Source: an uncultured Planctomycetia bacterium
GTDB taxonomy: Bacteria; Planctomycetota; Phycisphaerae; FEN-1346; JAACEH01
Direction of reading: 5' to 3'
Length of the DNA stretch: 64,000 nt
Assembly: GCA_903929765.1 (NCBI GenBank)
Contig: CAIYVX010000063.1
Location: forward strand, 10,174-74,173
Shown here: one piece after another, positions 17,359 to 25,309 of the stretch
How the letters are laid out: the number at the start of each line of letters is the position of its first letter
Numbering within the stretch: position 1 is the stretch's first letter
The notes under the pieces: generated by a model
The model's database searches: none
The model's input: the letters and a program-made list of their open reading frames with translations, nothing else
Told to the model about the DNA's origin: nothing
Program-made: the position numbers and the translations under genes

Positions 17359-19022
17359 ACGGCGACAATTCGGTTTGGAATACTCTGACGCGGGCGCTGG
17401 GTTGGGGCGACGTGGCGGTGGTAGTCGCAGCCACGGCGGCGCTCTTGGTGATTGCGGCCGTGGCCGGGCGGCGGCAGAAGGACACCCGCGATTACTTCAT
17501 CGGCGAGCGGAAAATACCGGCCTTCGTCGTCTGCCTCTCCTTCGTGGCCACCGAAATCAGCGCCATGACGATCCTCATTGTCCCGGCGGCGGCCTTTGGC
17601 GAAAACTGGAACTATCTCCAACTCTTCATCGGTTCGGTCGCCGCCCGCATCTTCATCGCCTTTTTCTTCCTGCCGCGCTTCTACAAGCACAACGTCACCA
17701 GCATCTACGAATACCTACGCATCCGCTTCGGCCCGGCCACGCAGTACGCCGGATCGATCTTCTTTTTCATCACGCGGCTCCTGGCCTCCGGCATCCGCCT
17801 CTACGCCGCCTGCATGGGCATTGCCATCCTGCTCGGCGCCAGCCGCACCGCTGGCGGCGCCGTCGATGACACCTGGCTCTTCTGGACCATGCTCTTCTTC
17901 GTCCTCGTGAGCGCCGCCTTCACGGCCCTGGGCGGCATTCGCGGCGTGGTCTGGAACGGAGCTTACGAGGCGGTCTTTTTCTACGTCACCGCCGTGGTCC
18001 TCGCGGTCTTTCTGATTCTGCACTTACGCGGCAGCCCTGGCGAAATCTGGCACACCGCCGCCAGCGCCGGGCGGATGGAAGTCTTCAACTTCCGCCTCGA
18101 CATCACCGACGCCAAGACGATCTGGGCCGTGCTGCTCTTCTCCTTTTTCGTCGATGCCGCCGTTTACGGCACCGACCAGGAATTCGTCCAGCGTCTCCTG
18201 ACCGTCAAGACGCGGCAGGCGAGCCAGCGGGCCATGCTCGGCACCATCCTGGCCGGTTTTCCACTGGTCGCCCTCTATCTCTGCGTCGGCACGCTGCTCT
18301 TCGTTTTCTACCAGCAGAACCCGGCGGCCGCGCTGCCCGGCAAAACCGACGAAATCCTCCCTCATTTCGGCACGATGCTGCCGATGGGCCTCAAGGGCCT
18401 GCTGCTGGCGGCCATCGTCCTGGCCGGGATTCACCTGCCGCTCAATTCGCTTTCATCGTCATTTGTCATGGATATTTATAAACGGCTGCTGGTGCGGCAG
18501 GCTTCGGAGCGGCACTATCTGTGGGTGTCGCGCGGGTCGGTCCTGGTCTTCGGCCTGCTCTTGGGCCTGATCGCCTGGCAATTTCGTTCGAGCAAGGGGA
18601 TTCTGTGGATCGGCTTCCAGATTCTCTCCGTCACGGGCGGGGCGACGCTGGGCGTGTTCATGCTGGGCGTGTTGACCAAGCGCCGCGGGAACCGTGGGAA
18701 CGTCGTGGCCATGATCGCCAGTTCGCTGGTGATGCTGACGCTGTTGCTCCTGTCGCACGGGAAACTGTCGTGGCCGGATTGGCCGTGGCTGCGCTCGACG
18801 CTCGACGCGATGAACGATTTCAGCCGCACGAACGCTGCGGGGCACTGGGCGGCGACGGCGATTTATCATGCGGCCCACATCGGCTGGAGTTGGCTGATCG
18901 TGATCGGAACGGGGCTGACGTTCGCTCTGGGGTGGTTACTGGGGCGAAGCGGCTCCGCGACCGGAGACGAAAATCCGGTCGGACCTCTTGACAATCGGGC
19001 CAACGTTAGACAAAATGTCTAA
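17355..19022 (+). CDS. Sodium:solute symporter (SSS) family transporter, translationally coupled to murQ.
   Basis: 555 aa with about 13 predicted transmembrane segments and an SSS-type N-terminal region. The ATGA start/stop overlap with murQ is at 17355-17358. Confidence 0.85.
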   Translation: MNGDNSVWNTLTRALGWGDVAVVVAATAALLVIAAVAGRRQKDTRDYFIGERKIPAFVVCLSFVATEISAMTILIVPAAAFGENWNYLQLFIGSVAARIFIAFFFLPRFYKHNVTSIYEYLRIRFGPATQYAGSIFFFITRLLASGIRLYAACMGIAILLGASRTAGGAVDDTWLFWTMLFFVLVSAAFTALGGIRGVVWNGAYEAVFFYVTAVVLAVFLILHLRGSPGEIWHTAASAGRMEVFNFRLDITDAKTIWAVLLFSFFVDAAVYGTDQEFVQRLLTVKTRQASQRAMLGTILAGFPLVALYLCVGTLLFVFYQQNPAAALPGKTDEILPHFGTMLPMGLKGLLLAAIVLAGIHLPLNSLSSSFVMDIYKRLLVRQASERHYLWVSRGSVLVFGLLLGLIAWQFRSSKGILWIGFQILSVTGGATLGVFMLGVLTKRRGNRGNVVAMIASSLVMLTLLLLSHGKLSWPDWPWLRSTLDAMNDFSRTNAAGHWAATAIYHAAHIGWSWLIVIGTGLTFALGWLLGRSGSATGDENPVGPLDNRANVRQNV

Positions 19023-19325
19023 GTGCGAACAATCAGTCTGAAACCCTTGCGGGACTTCTGGGAGCGTCACCCTGACGCGGAGCGGCCCTTGCGGCTCTGG
19101 TACAAGACGGTCGTTTGCGCCCGCTGGGACAATTTACAGGACGTGCGACAGGATTATCCCCACGCGGACGGCATCAGGACGACCGACGGCGGCACGCTGA
19201 CCGTTTTCAACATCGGCGGCAACAAATATCGGCTGGTGGCGCGCATTCGTTATGACTATGGGTTAGTGAACGTGCGGGCCGTGTTGACGCACGCGGAATA
19301 TAATTCAGGTAGGTGGAAGGAATAG
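19023..19325 (+). CDS. higB: Type II toxin-antitoxin system HigB-family toxin (RelE/ParE fold). It has a GTG start immediately after the TAA stop codon of the transporter gene.
   Basis: FWERHPDAERPLRLWYKTV...VFNIGGNKYRLVARIRYDYGLVNVRAVLTHAEYN matches the HigB-toxin family pattern (FN[IV]GGN.[YL]R[LV]V...THAEYD). Confidence 0.85.
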   Translation: MRTISLKPLRDFWERHPDAERPLRLWYKTVVCARWDNLQDVRQDYPHADGIRTTDGGTLTVFNIGGNKYRLVARIRYDYGLVNVRAVLTHAEYNSGRWKE

Positions 19326-19328
19326 ATT

Positions 19329-19760
19329 ATGGCCGGGACAAAACATATCGTCGGGCGAGAAAAGTTGCCGGGACGGTTCGAGGAACTGGTGCGCGTGATG
19401 CCGCCGCAGAGCATCGTGGATGAGGTGCACTACGAGAACACGCTGGAGATGGTCGATCGTCTGATGGTCGTGGGTCGCCTGACCCGGGGACAGGAACTTT
19501 ACCTGGAGACGCTGGTCGAACTGGTCGAGGCCTTCGAGGCCCGGCAGCACGCCATTGAGACGGCGGACCTCACGGGGCTGGATTCTCTGCGCCACCTGCT
19601 GGAAGCCAATGAAATGGACGCTTCGGACCTGGGACGACTGCTGGGCATCCACGCCAGCATGGGGTCGAAGATTCTGAAGGGTCAACGGGCACTGACGGTC
19701 GGCCATCTGCGAAAACTTGCGAACCGCTTCAAGGTCAGCCCGCAGTTGTTCATGGATTGA
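19329..19760 (+). CDS. higA: HigA-family antitoxin (XRE-type helix-turn-helix).
   Basis: 143 aa. The C-terminal DASDLGRLLGIHASMGSKILKGQRALTVGHLRKLANRFKVSPQLF is an HTH_XRE domain. It starts 3 nt after the higB stop codon. Confidence 0.8.
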   Translation: MAGTKHIVGREKLPGRFEELVRVMPPQSIVDEVHYENTLEMVDRLMVVGRLTRGQELYLETLVELVEAFEARQHAIETADLTGLDSLRHLLEANEMDASDLGRLLGIHASMGSKILKGQRALTVGHLRKLANRFKVSPQLFMD

Positions 19761-19771
19761 AACCCATTTTA

Positions 19772-19799
19772 ATGTCGGGTCTGTTGACCCGACCTACAT
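19772..19799. repeat. REP-type palindrome in inverted orientation (ATGTCGGGTC-TGTT-GACCCGACCTACAT), 12 nt after the higA stop codon.
   Basis: Perfect 8-bp stem. Same family as 525-550. Confidence 0.8.
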
Positions 19800-19878
19800 T
19801 CTGGCGATTAGTAAAATATTATCAGGATTTCCAGAGAACCGATAAATGATCGGCTGCTGCGAGTCTGGAGGCAGACCC

Positions 19879-20460
19879 ATGGGTGAAGTCTGGAAAATAA
19901 ACCTTGCGTCATGGATCATCCAAGACGGGAACTACGGCGATTTTGCCAAGGGCGACGAGTGTGAGTTTGCCCTTGAATTCTGGCCAGAGAGGCTTGAACT
20001 CACCGAACGGGCACAACCTTGTTGCACCTGGGTTAAGGACTGCTATTACAGCGTGACTGCTCGCATTGTTATGTGCCAGGAAGACGTTTGGGTACTCAAC
20101 TTCGGCCTGCTGGCCTATCAGGAATCATCGCCGCTGAAAGGACTGGCCATCGGTGATTGTGTGGCAGGAAGGATCGGCATTGGCATTGATCCCTTTTTCT
20201 ACTCCGAGCGCCTGCACGCCTTGCCCGGTATGCCGCCGCTGAATTACTCGTGGAAGATAGAGCGAATTCTACTCCAAACCGCGCCTTTCGTTGAAACAAC
20301 AAGGCCCGGTACCGGCAAAGTATTGGTGCGTGATGAAAGCAACCGCGGCTATCGCGATATCGGTAAGACGGATGCTTGGCATGACGATGGAGGCATCGCC
20401 GAGTATCTTTTGGAGTGTCGCCACAATGAAATTACACCGGCTCAGAGGACTTTGGCGTAG
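19879..20460 (+). CDS. Hypothetical Cys-rich protein of low GC, with no family I recognise.
   Basis: A strong ribosome-binding site GGAGG sits 7 nt upstream of the ATG at 19879. GC is about 52%. The protein is MGEVWKINLASWIIQDGNYGDFAKGDECEFALEFWPE... Confidence 0.5.
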   Translation: MGEVWKINLASWIIQDGNYGDFAKGDECEFALEFWPERLELTERAQPCCTWVKDCYYSVTARIVMCQEDVWVLNFGLLAYQESSPLKGLAIGDCVAGRIGIGIDPFFYSERLHALPGMPPLNYSWKIERILLQTAPFVETTRPGTGKVLVRDESNRGYRDIGKTDAWHDDGGIAEYLLECRHNEITPAQRTLA

Positions 20461-22034
20461 ATGACTTTGTCGTCGGCGGGGGCGTAGAAGTCTTTGACGC
20501 GGGCGGCTTCGTGGTAGCCGACGCGGAGGTAGAAGGCGCGGGTGGAGTGGTAGCTGGGGCGGCCGTTGGTTTCGACGATGACCAGGCGGCCGGCGCGGGT
20601 GCGGATTTCATTTTCGGCGAAAGTCATCAGGGCCTTGCCGAGGCCGCGCGATTGGCGGCGCGGATCGACGGCGATCCAATAGATATCGAAGGTACCCTGG
20701 GCGCAGGGGGCGGGACCGTAACAGACCCAGCCGGCAGGACGGCCGTCGAGGTCGGCAGTAATAGATTGGTAATGGCCGTGATGGCCTTTGGCCAGGGCGT
20801 CGTCGAGGACTTCGCGGGCGATTTCTATTTCGTCGTCGCGGAAAAAGTCAGTGGCGATCATGAATTCGAGAATGGGGTCGCGGTCGGCGGGGAGGGAGCG
20901 GCGGATCGAAAAACTAGGGTCTGTCCCTAGTTTTTGGGAGACGTTCGTGGAGTCTGACGCACAGGGCCTCAACCCCTCACCCGGCCCTTGCGGGCCACCC
21001 TCTCCCGAGGGAGAGGGGTTAAAAGCAGCAAGGCGACGGGCGGCGTTTTCGACCAGGGTGCGGATGAACTCGTGGTAGGGGATGTTGGCGGCGGCGAGGG
21101 CGGCGGCCAGGCCGGCGTCGGAGGAAAGGTCGGGGTTGGAGTTGACCTCAATGATGGAAGGTGAGACGCGCTGGTCGAGGCGGAGATCGACGCGGACGTA
21201 GTCGCGGCAACCGAGGGCGTGCCAGGCGTCGAGGACGCACTGGCGGACGCGGTCGGCCTGGCGCGAGGTGAGCGGCGCGGGGATGATGCGATTTGTATGG
21301 TGATATTCAAATGATTCCGGTTGCCACTTGGCGGCATAGCCGACGATGCGCGGTCGGTCGTTGCCGAAGTCGGAGAAGTCGATTTCGGCCAGGGGCAGGA
21401 CCTGGGGCAGGCCGCGACGCTCGATGACGGAGACGTTGAGTTCGCGCTGGCCGACGAATTGTTCGACGAGGGCGGGCTGGTGGAACTGGTGGTGGATGGC
21501 GTGGATGGCTTCGGCGAGTTTCGGTCCCGGCTCGGAAACGACGGAATGGGCGTCGATGCCTTCGCTGGCGTCGGCGGCGACGGGTTTGACGATCCAGGGT
21601 CCGGGCGGGAGGTCGCGCGGGCGGACGGCCTGGCCGACGGGAATAAGCACGGCGGCGGGGCACGGGAGGCTGGCGGCGGCGAGGACGGCTTTGGAGCGCC
21701 ATTTGTCGAGGGTGAGGAAAAGGTTAGGCGTGTCGCCGCCGGTGGATTCTTTGCCGTAGGCGGCGCAGAGGGCGGGGACGGAGGCGGGCGAGCCGGGACC
21801 GAGGCGGAGCTCTTCGACCAGGTTGAAGACGAGCGGTTCGGGTGCGGCGGCGAGGATGGCGGGGAGGTCGGCGAGCGAGCGGAGGCCGAGGGCGCGGTAG
21901 GCGACGCCGAGTTGGCCGAGGGCGGCGACGACGGCTTCGACTTCGGCGAGGACTCCGGTGTCGCTGGCGGAGAATTTGTCTCCGGCTTCGGGAGTGTTAA
22001 AGAGAATGATAACGGCGGGAAGTTCGGCGTTCAT
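20442..22034 (-). CDS. Fusion protein with an N-terminal D-Ala-D-Ala-ligase-like ATP-grasp domain and a C-terminal GNAT N-acetyltransferase domain. The two domains are joined by a linker that is encoded by a palindromic repeat.
   Basis: The true start is MNAELPAVIILFN (ATG at 22034, overlapping the upstream stop codon in an ATGA arrangement). ATP-grasp blocks: WIVKPVAADASEGI and IIEVNSNPDLS. Linker: NPSPSGEGGPQGPGEGLRP. GNAT block: IRRSLPADRDPILEF...QSRGLGKALM...GYHE. The 5' 290 nt of the 626-aa ORF in the track are read-through across the upstream gene. Confidence 0.75.
   Translation of the reverse strand: MNAELPAVIILFNTPEAGDKFSASDTGVLAEVEAVVAALGQLGVAYRALGLRSLADLPAILAAAPEPLVFNLVEELRLGPGSPASVPALCAAYGKESTGGDTPNLFLTLDKWRSKAVLAAASLPCPAAVLIPVGQAVRPRDLPPGPWIVKPVAADASEGIDAHSVVSEPGPKLAEAIHAIHHQFHQPALVEQFVGQRELNVSVIERRGLPQVLPLAEIDFSDFGNDRPRIVGYAAKWQPESFEYHHTNRIIPAPLTSRQADRVRQCVLDAWHALGCRDYVRVDLRLDQRVSPSIIEVNSNPDLSSDAGLAAALAAANIPYHEFIRTLVENAARRLAAFNPSPSGEGGPQGPGEGLRPCASDSTNVSQKLGTDPSFSIRRSLPADRDPILEFMIATDFFRDDEIEIAREVLDDALAKGHHGHYQSITADLDGRPAGWVCYGPAPCAQGTFDIYWIAVDPRRQSRGLGKALMTFAENEIRTRAGRLVIVETNGRPSYHSTRAFYLRVGYHEAARVKDFYAPADDKVIYAKVL
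20971..21020. repeat. Palindromic repeat AACCCCTCACCCGGCCCTTGCGGGCCACCCTCTCCCGAGGGAGAGGGGTT that forms the in-frame interdomain linker of the ATP-grasp/GNAT gene.
   Basis: Outer inverted repeat AACCCCTC/GAGGGGTT, with inner hairpins GGCCCTTGCGGGCC and CCCTCTCCCGAGGGAGAGGG. Same family as 12537-12575, 38896-38949 and 45051-45094. Confidence 0.75.
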
Positions 22035-23023
22035 GGGACGATTCCGAGGCGGAGGCAGGCGCTGCGGATGATAGTGTCGATCAGTTTTTCGTAGGGGAGA
22101 CCTTCCTGGGTGGCGATCATGGGGAGGTCGCTGTGGGTGGGGTGGATGCCGGGCAAAGGGTTGAGTTCGATAAAGACGGGACGGCCGGCGGCGTCGCAGC
22201 GGACGTCGACGCGGCCCATGTCGCGGCACTCGAGGGTGCGGTAGGCGGCGAGGGCGAGGCTCTCGACCTCGTCGCGGAGCGGGCCGCGGGCCAGGGCGGA
22301 ATAGCGGACGAGCGTCTCGCACTTTTCCTTGTTCTCATAGGAATAGATGGCGTCACCGGCCTGGGGCAGGATTTCGACTTCCATGGTGCCCAGCACTCGG
22401 GCGGCGGGGCCCGTGCCGAGGACGGCGGAGGTAAACTCGCGGCCGGGGAGGTATTCTTCGATGAGGACGGGCTGGGCGAATTGTTTGAGGAGCGAGCGGC
22501 AGACTTCGCGGAGTTGGGCGGGCGAGTCGATGCGGGAGCGGGCGTCGATGCCTTTTCCGGTGCCCTCGGCCAGGGGTTTGGCGAAGAGGGGGAAGGGGAG
22601 CGCGACGGCGGCGAGGTCGGTTTCGGCGGCGACGACGTGGAAGCGGGCGGTGGGCAGGCCGGCGGCGGCGACAAGGCGTTTGGCGACGGCTTTGTCGAGG
22701 GTGACGGCGCAGGCGAGGCCGTCGCTGCCGACGTAGGGGACGCCGTAAAGTTCAAGGAGGCAGGGCACCTGGGCTTCGCGGTTTCGGCCGCGCAGGCCTT
22801 CGGCGATGTTGAAGACGAGGTCCCAGCGTTCGGCGGCGACGAGGCGGCGGCAGAGTTCCCAGGCGTGGCCGATGCGGACGGTGCGGTGGCCGAGCGAGCG
22901 GATGGCGGCGTCGAGGGCGTCGATGGTCGACGCGGAATCGAACTCGGCGACTTCCTCGGCGGTGTGGCCGCGATCGAGGTAGTCCTGGCGCAGGTCGTAG
23001 GTTAAGCCGATGGTGAGGCTCAT
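22031..23023 (-). CDS. D-alanine--D-alanine ligase family ATP-grasp protein.
   Basis: YGVPYVGSDGLACAVTLDKAVAKRL, PLFAKPLAEGTGKGI and FIELNPLPGI match the Ddl fold motifs. It is translationally coupled to the downstream ATP-grasp/GNAT gene. Confidence 0.8.
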   Translation of the reverse strand: MSLTIGLTYDLRQDYLDRGHTAEEVAEFDSASTIDALDAAIRSLGHRTVRIGHAWELCRRLVAAERWDLVFNIAEGLRGRNREAQVPCLLELYGVPYVGSDGLACAVTLDKAVAKRLVAAAGLPTARFHVVAAETDLAAVALPFPLFAKPLAEGTGKGIDARSRIDSPAQLREVCRSLLKQFAQPVLIEEYLPGREFTSAVLGTGPAARVLGTMEVEILPQAGDAIYSYENKEKCETLVRYSALARGPLRDEVESLALAAYRTLECRDMGRVDVRCDAAGRPVFIELNPLPGIHPTHSDLPMIATQEGLPYEKLIDTIIRSACLRLGIVP

Positions 23024-23032
23024 GGGGTTTAC

Positions 23033-24403
23033 CTAGAACAGTTGCTCGGCGGCGGAAACGCCGTGGCGTTGTCGGCGGCGGCCGCCGCGCGAAGTTTCGG
23101 CGGGAGCGATGGCCGAGGCGCGGCCGGTGGCCAGTTCCCAGACGCCGGGCGAGGCGGCGCCGGGCGCGGGCGGACCGGCGGGAGCGGCAGCGTGCGGCTC
23201 CGGGTAGGAGACCAGCATGCCCTCGAAGTTGCGCAGGACGGTGTGGGTCGGGCTGGTGGAGACGATGTAGTTGGGCAGGACGGGCACCTTGCCGCCGCCG
23301 TGCGGGGCGTCGATGACAAAGGTGGGAATGGCCAGGCCGGAGAGACGGCCGCGCAGGTATTCCATGATTTCGATACCGCGTGAGACGGGCGTGCGGAAAT
23401 GTTCGACGCCGCGCACCAGATCGCATTGGTACATGTAATATGGTTTGACGCGAATTTTAACCAGGGCGCGGCAGAGGCGTTCCATGAGTTGGGGGTCGTC
23501 ATTGATGCCCTTGAGGAGTACGGACTGGTTGCCCAGGGGAATGCCGGCGTCGGCCAGGCGCGTGCAGGCTTCGGTCGATTCGGTGGTGATTTCGTTGGGG
23601 TGGTTGAAATGGGTGTTGATGAAGAGCGGGTGGTATTTGCGGAGCATTTCAACCAGTTCAGCCGTGATGCGCTGGGGCATGGTGACGGGCGTGCGCGTGC
23701 CGATGCGGATAATATCCACGGTCGGGACAGAGCGGACGGCAGCGAGGACGCGCTCAAGAGATTCGGTGGTCATGGTCAGCGGGTCGCCGCCGGAGACGAT
23801 GACGTCGTGGATTTCCGGGTGCTGGCGCAGATAGGCGACGACCTGCTGGAGGCGAATCGGAGAGATTGAAGATTCGCGGGCGCCGGCGACGCGCTTGCGG
23901 GTGCAGTGGCGGCAGTACATGGCGCAGGTCGAAGTGGCGATGAGGAGGGCGCGGTCGGGATAGCGGTGGACCAGGCCGGGCACGGGCATGTCGTGATCCT
24001 CTTCGAGCGGATCGTCGCAGAGGAAGGGTGGATCGTTGAGTTCCTGGGCCTGGGGGACGCACATCTGGAAGATGGGGTCGGAGGCGTCGGGATTCTGGAT
24101 GAGCGAGGCGTAGTAGGGCGTGATGGCCAGGGGAAATTTTTCGGCGGCGCGCACGAGGGACGGCTGGCCGCGCAGTACCGGGAAACATCTGAGGAGTTGG
24201 TCGACGGAGCGGAGGCGATTTCGCATCTGCCACCGCCAGTTGTCCCAACGGTTATTGTTTTCGCGATTGAGAAGTCCGGCGGATGGGGCCGGGTCAAACG
24301 ATTCCGTGGCCGCACATGAGAGAGGAGGTTCGTCGGCGGAAACGGAGGGAGGTTCATCAAGTGAGGCTGGTGAAGCCTCCGACGAAGAAACTTTTGTCTT
24401 CAT
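23033..24403 (-). CDS. KamA-family radical-SAM aminomutase (lysine 2,3-aminomutase-like), with a low-complexity N-terminal extension of about 50 aa.
   Basis: The radical-SAM cluster TCAMYCRHCTRKR (CxxxCxxC in a KamA-type context), then VIVSGGDPL, and a length of 456 aa. Confidence 0.85.
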   Translation of the reverse strand: MKTKVSSSEASPASLDEPPSVSADEPPLSCAATESFDPAPSAGLLNRENNNRWDNWRWQMRNRLRSVDQLLRCFPVLRGQPSLVRAAEKFPLAITPYYASLIQNPDASDPIFQMCVPQAQELNDPPFLCDDPLEEDHDMPVPGLVHRYPDRALLIATSTCAMYCRHCTRKRVAGARESSISPIRLQQVVAYLRQHPEIHDVIVSGGDPLTMTTESLERVLAAVRSVPTVDIIRIGTRTPVTMPQRITAELVEMLRKYHPLFINTHFNHPNEITTESTEACTRLADAGIPLGNQSVLLKGINDDPQLMERLCRALVKIRVKPYYMYQCDLVRGVEHFRTPVSRGIEIMEYLRGRLSGLAIPTFVIDAPHGGGKVPVLPNYIVSTSPTHTVLRNFEGMLVSYPEPHAAAPAGPPAPGAASPGVWELATGRASAIAPAETSRGGRRRQRHGVSAAEQLF

Positions 24404-24570
24404 AATGTGTAACTGCTCTCCAAAAAAACCTTTGACCGATCATCCGGTGCGAGACTCCGATGGCGCAATATATAATCCTTGAGTAGGGTCAAGTCAACAG
24501 AGAATCATCGTCGTTTGGAAAAAATTTCTTTAGCGTCCCCCAATGGGGAGAAGAAAAAAGGTGGTCTAAC

Positions 24571-24590
24571 CCCCTACGGCTAGGGGGAAG
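24571..24590 (-). terminator. Candidate terminator after the stand-alone GNAT gene. On the minus strand it reads CCCCCTAGCCGTAGGGGG followed by TTAGACCACCTTTTTT.
   Basis: A 7-bp GC stem with a T6 run 10 nt downstream on the coding strand, about 110 nt after the stop codon at 24702. Confidence 0.35.
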
Positions 24591-24701
24591 GCGGGGCATG
24601 GGGTTTTTTGGTGGGGATAATTGTGGTGGGGGCTGAGGGGAGGGATTTGACAAAGCAGGCGATGATTTGACAAAGGCGAGGATGCCGGGCCAGGGCTCGA
24701 T

Positions 24702-25152
24702 CTACAATTCCAGTTCAAACATTTCGTAGGCGGCGGGGGCAAGACCGAGGGCGCGGTAGGTGGATTGAGCGGGGAGGTTTTGGCGCTCTACATAGAGGCG
24801 GAGGCCGCAGATATTTCCGGCGCGGCGGGCTTCGGCAAGGAGGTGGGCTTGGAGGGCGCGGTAGACGCCGTGGCGGCGCGCTGCGGAGGCGACGTAGACG
24901 GATTGGATCCACCAGAAGTTGGCGTTGCGCCAGTCGCTCCATTCGAAGGTAACGAGGAGTTGGCCGATGACCTCCCCTGCCCTCTCGGCGAGAAGGTAGA
25001 AACCTTTGGCGGAGTCGGCGAGGACAGCTTCTGTGCCGCGGCGGACGGTGGCGGGGTCGAGACGTTTGTTCTCGGTTTCGAGGGCCAGGGCGGCGTTGTG
25101 GGCGGCGATGAGGGAGGCGTCGGAGGGAAGAGCGCGGCGAAGGACAAGTTCG
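24702..25152 (-). CDS. GNAT-family N-acetyltransferase.
   Basis: The real start is MPELVLRRALPSDASLIAAHN (ATG at 25152). The acetyl-CoA motif region is QSVYVASAARRHGVYRALQ. The upstream 45 codons of the ORF in the track lack a start context. Confidence 0.75.
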
Positions 25153-25171
25153 GGCATTTGGGAGGCTCCGG

Positions 25172-25250
25172 AGAAAATTAAAACAGCGAATATCGAATAT
25201 CGAACACGGAACCGCAGAATCACGAAGTCAGATTCCGGTGAGAACGGTTT
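25172..25250. repeat. Truncated copy of an AT-rich complex element (AACAGCGAATATCGAATATCGAACACGGAACCGCAGAATCACGAAGTCAGATTCCGG). It is about 85% identical to the left half of the element at 50829-50949.
   Basis: Direct comparison of the two loci. This copy is locally AT-rich within the GNAT-lgt intergenic region. Confidence 0.65.
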
Positions 25251-25309
25251 GTTCTTCATGGCCACGCTACGCGTGACCATGCCACCCACCGTTTGTGGTT
25301 AGACACGAC

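Noticed and set aside
22035-22322. N-terminal 97 codons of the 626-aa ORF in the track, 20442-22322 (MRDARPLFRPGPRPAPRRG...).
   Set aside because: This is Pro/Arg read-through across the 3' end of the upstream ATP-grasp gene in another frame. The real start is the ATG at 22034, which overlaps the upstream stop codon.
24645-24680. Direct repeat GATTTGACAAAG-N9-GATTTGACAAAGG as a possible promoter or operator.
   Set aside because: It lies in the 3' region of the GNAT gene and is oriented away from any downstream gene. It may be a binding site, but with only two copies and no partner gene I could not support a call.
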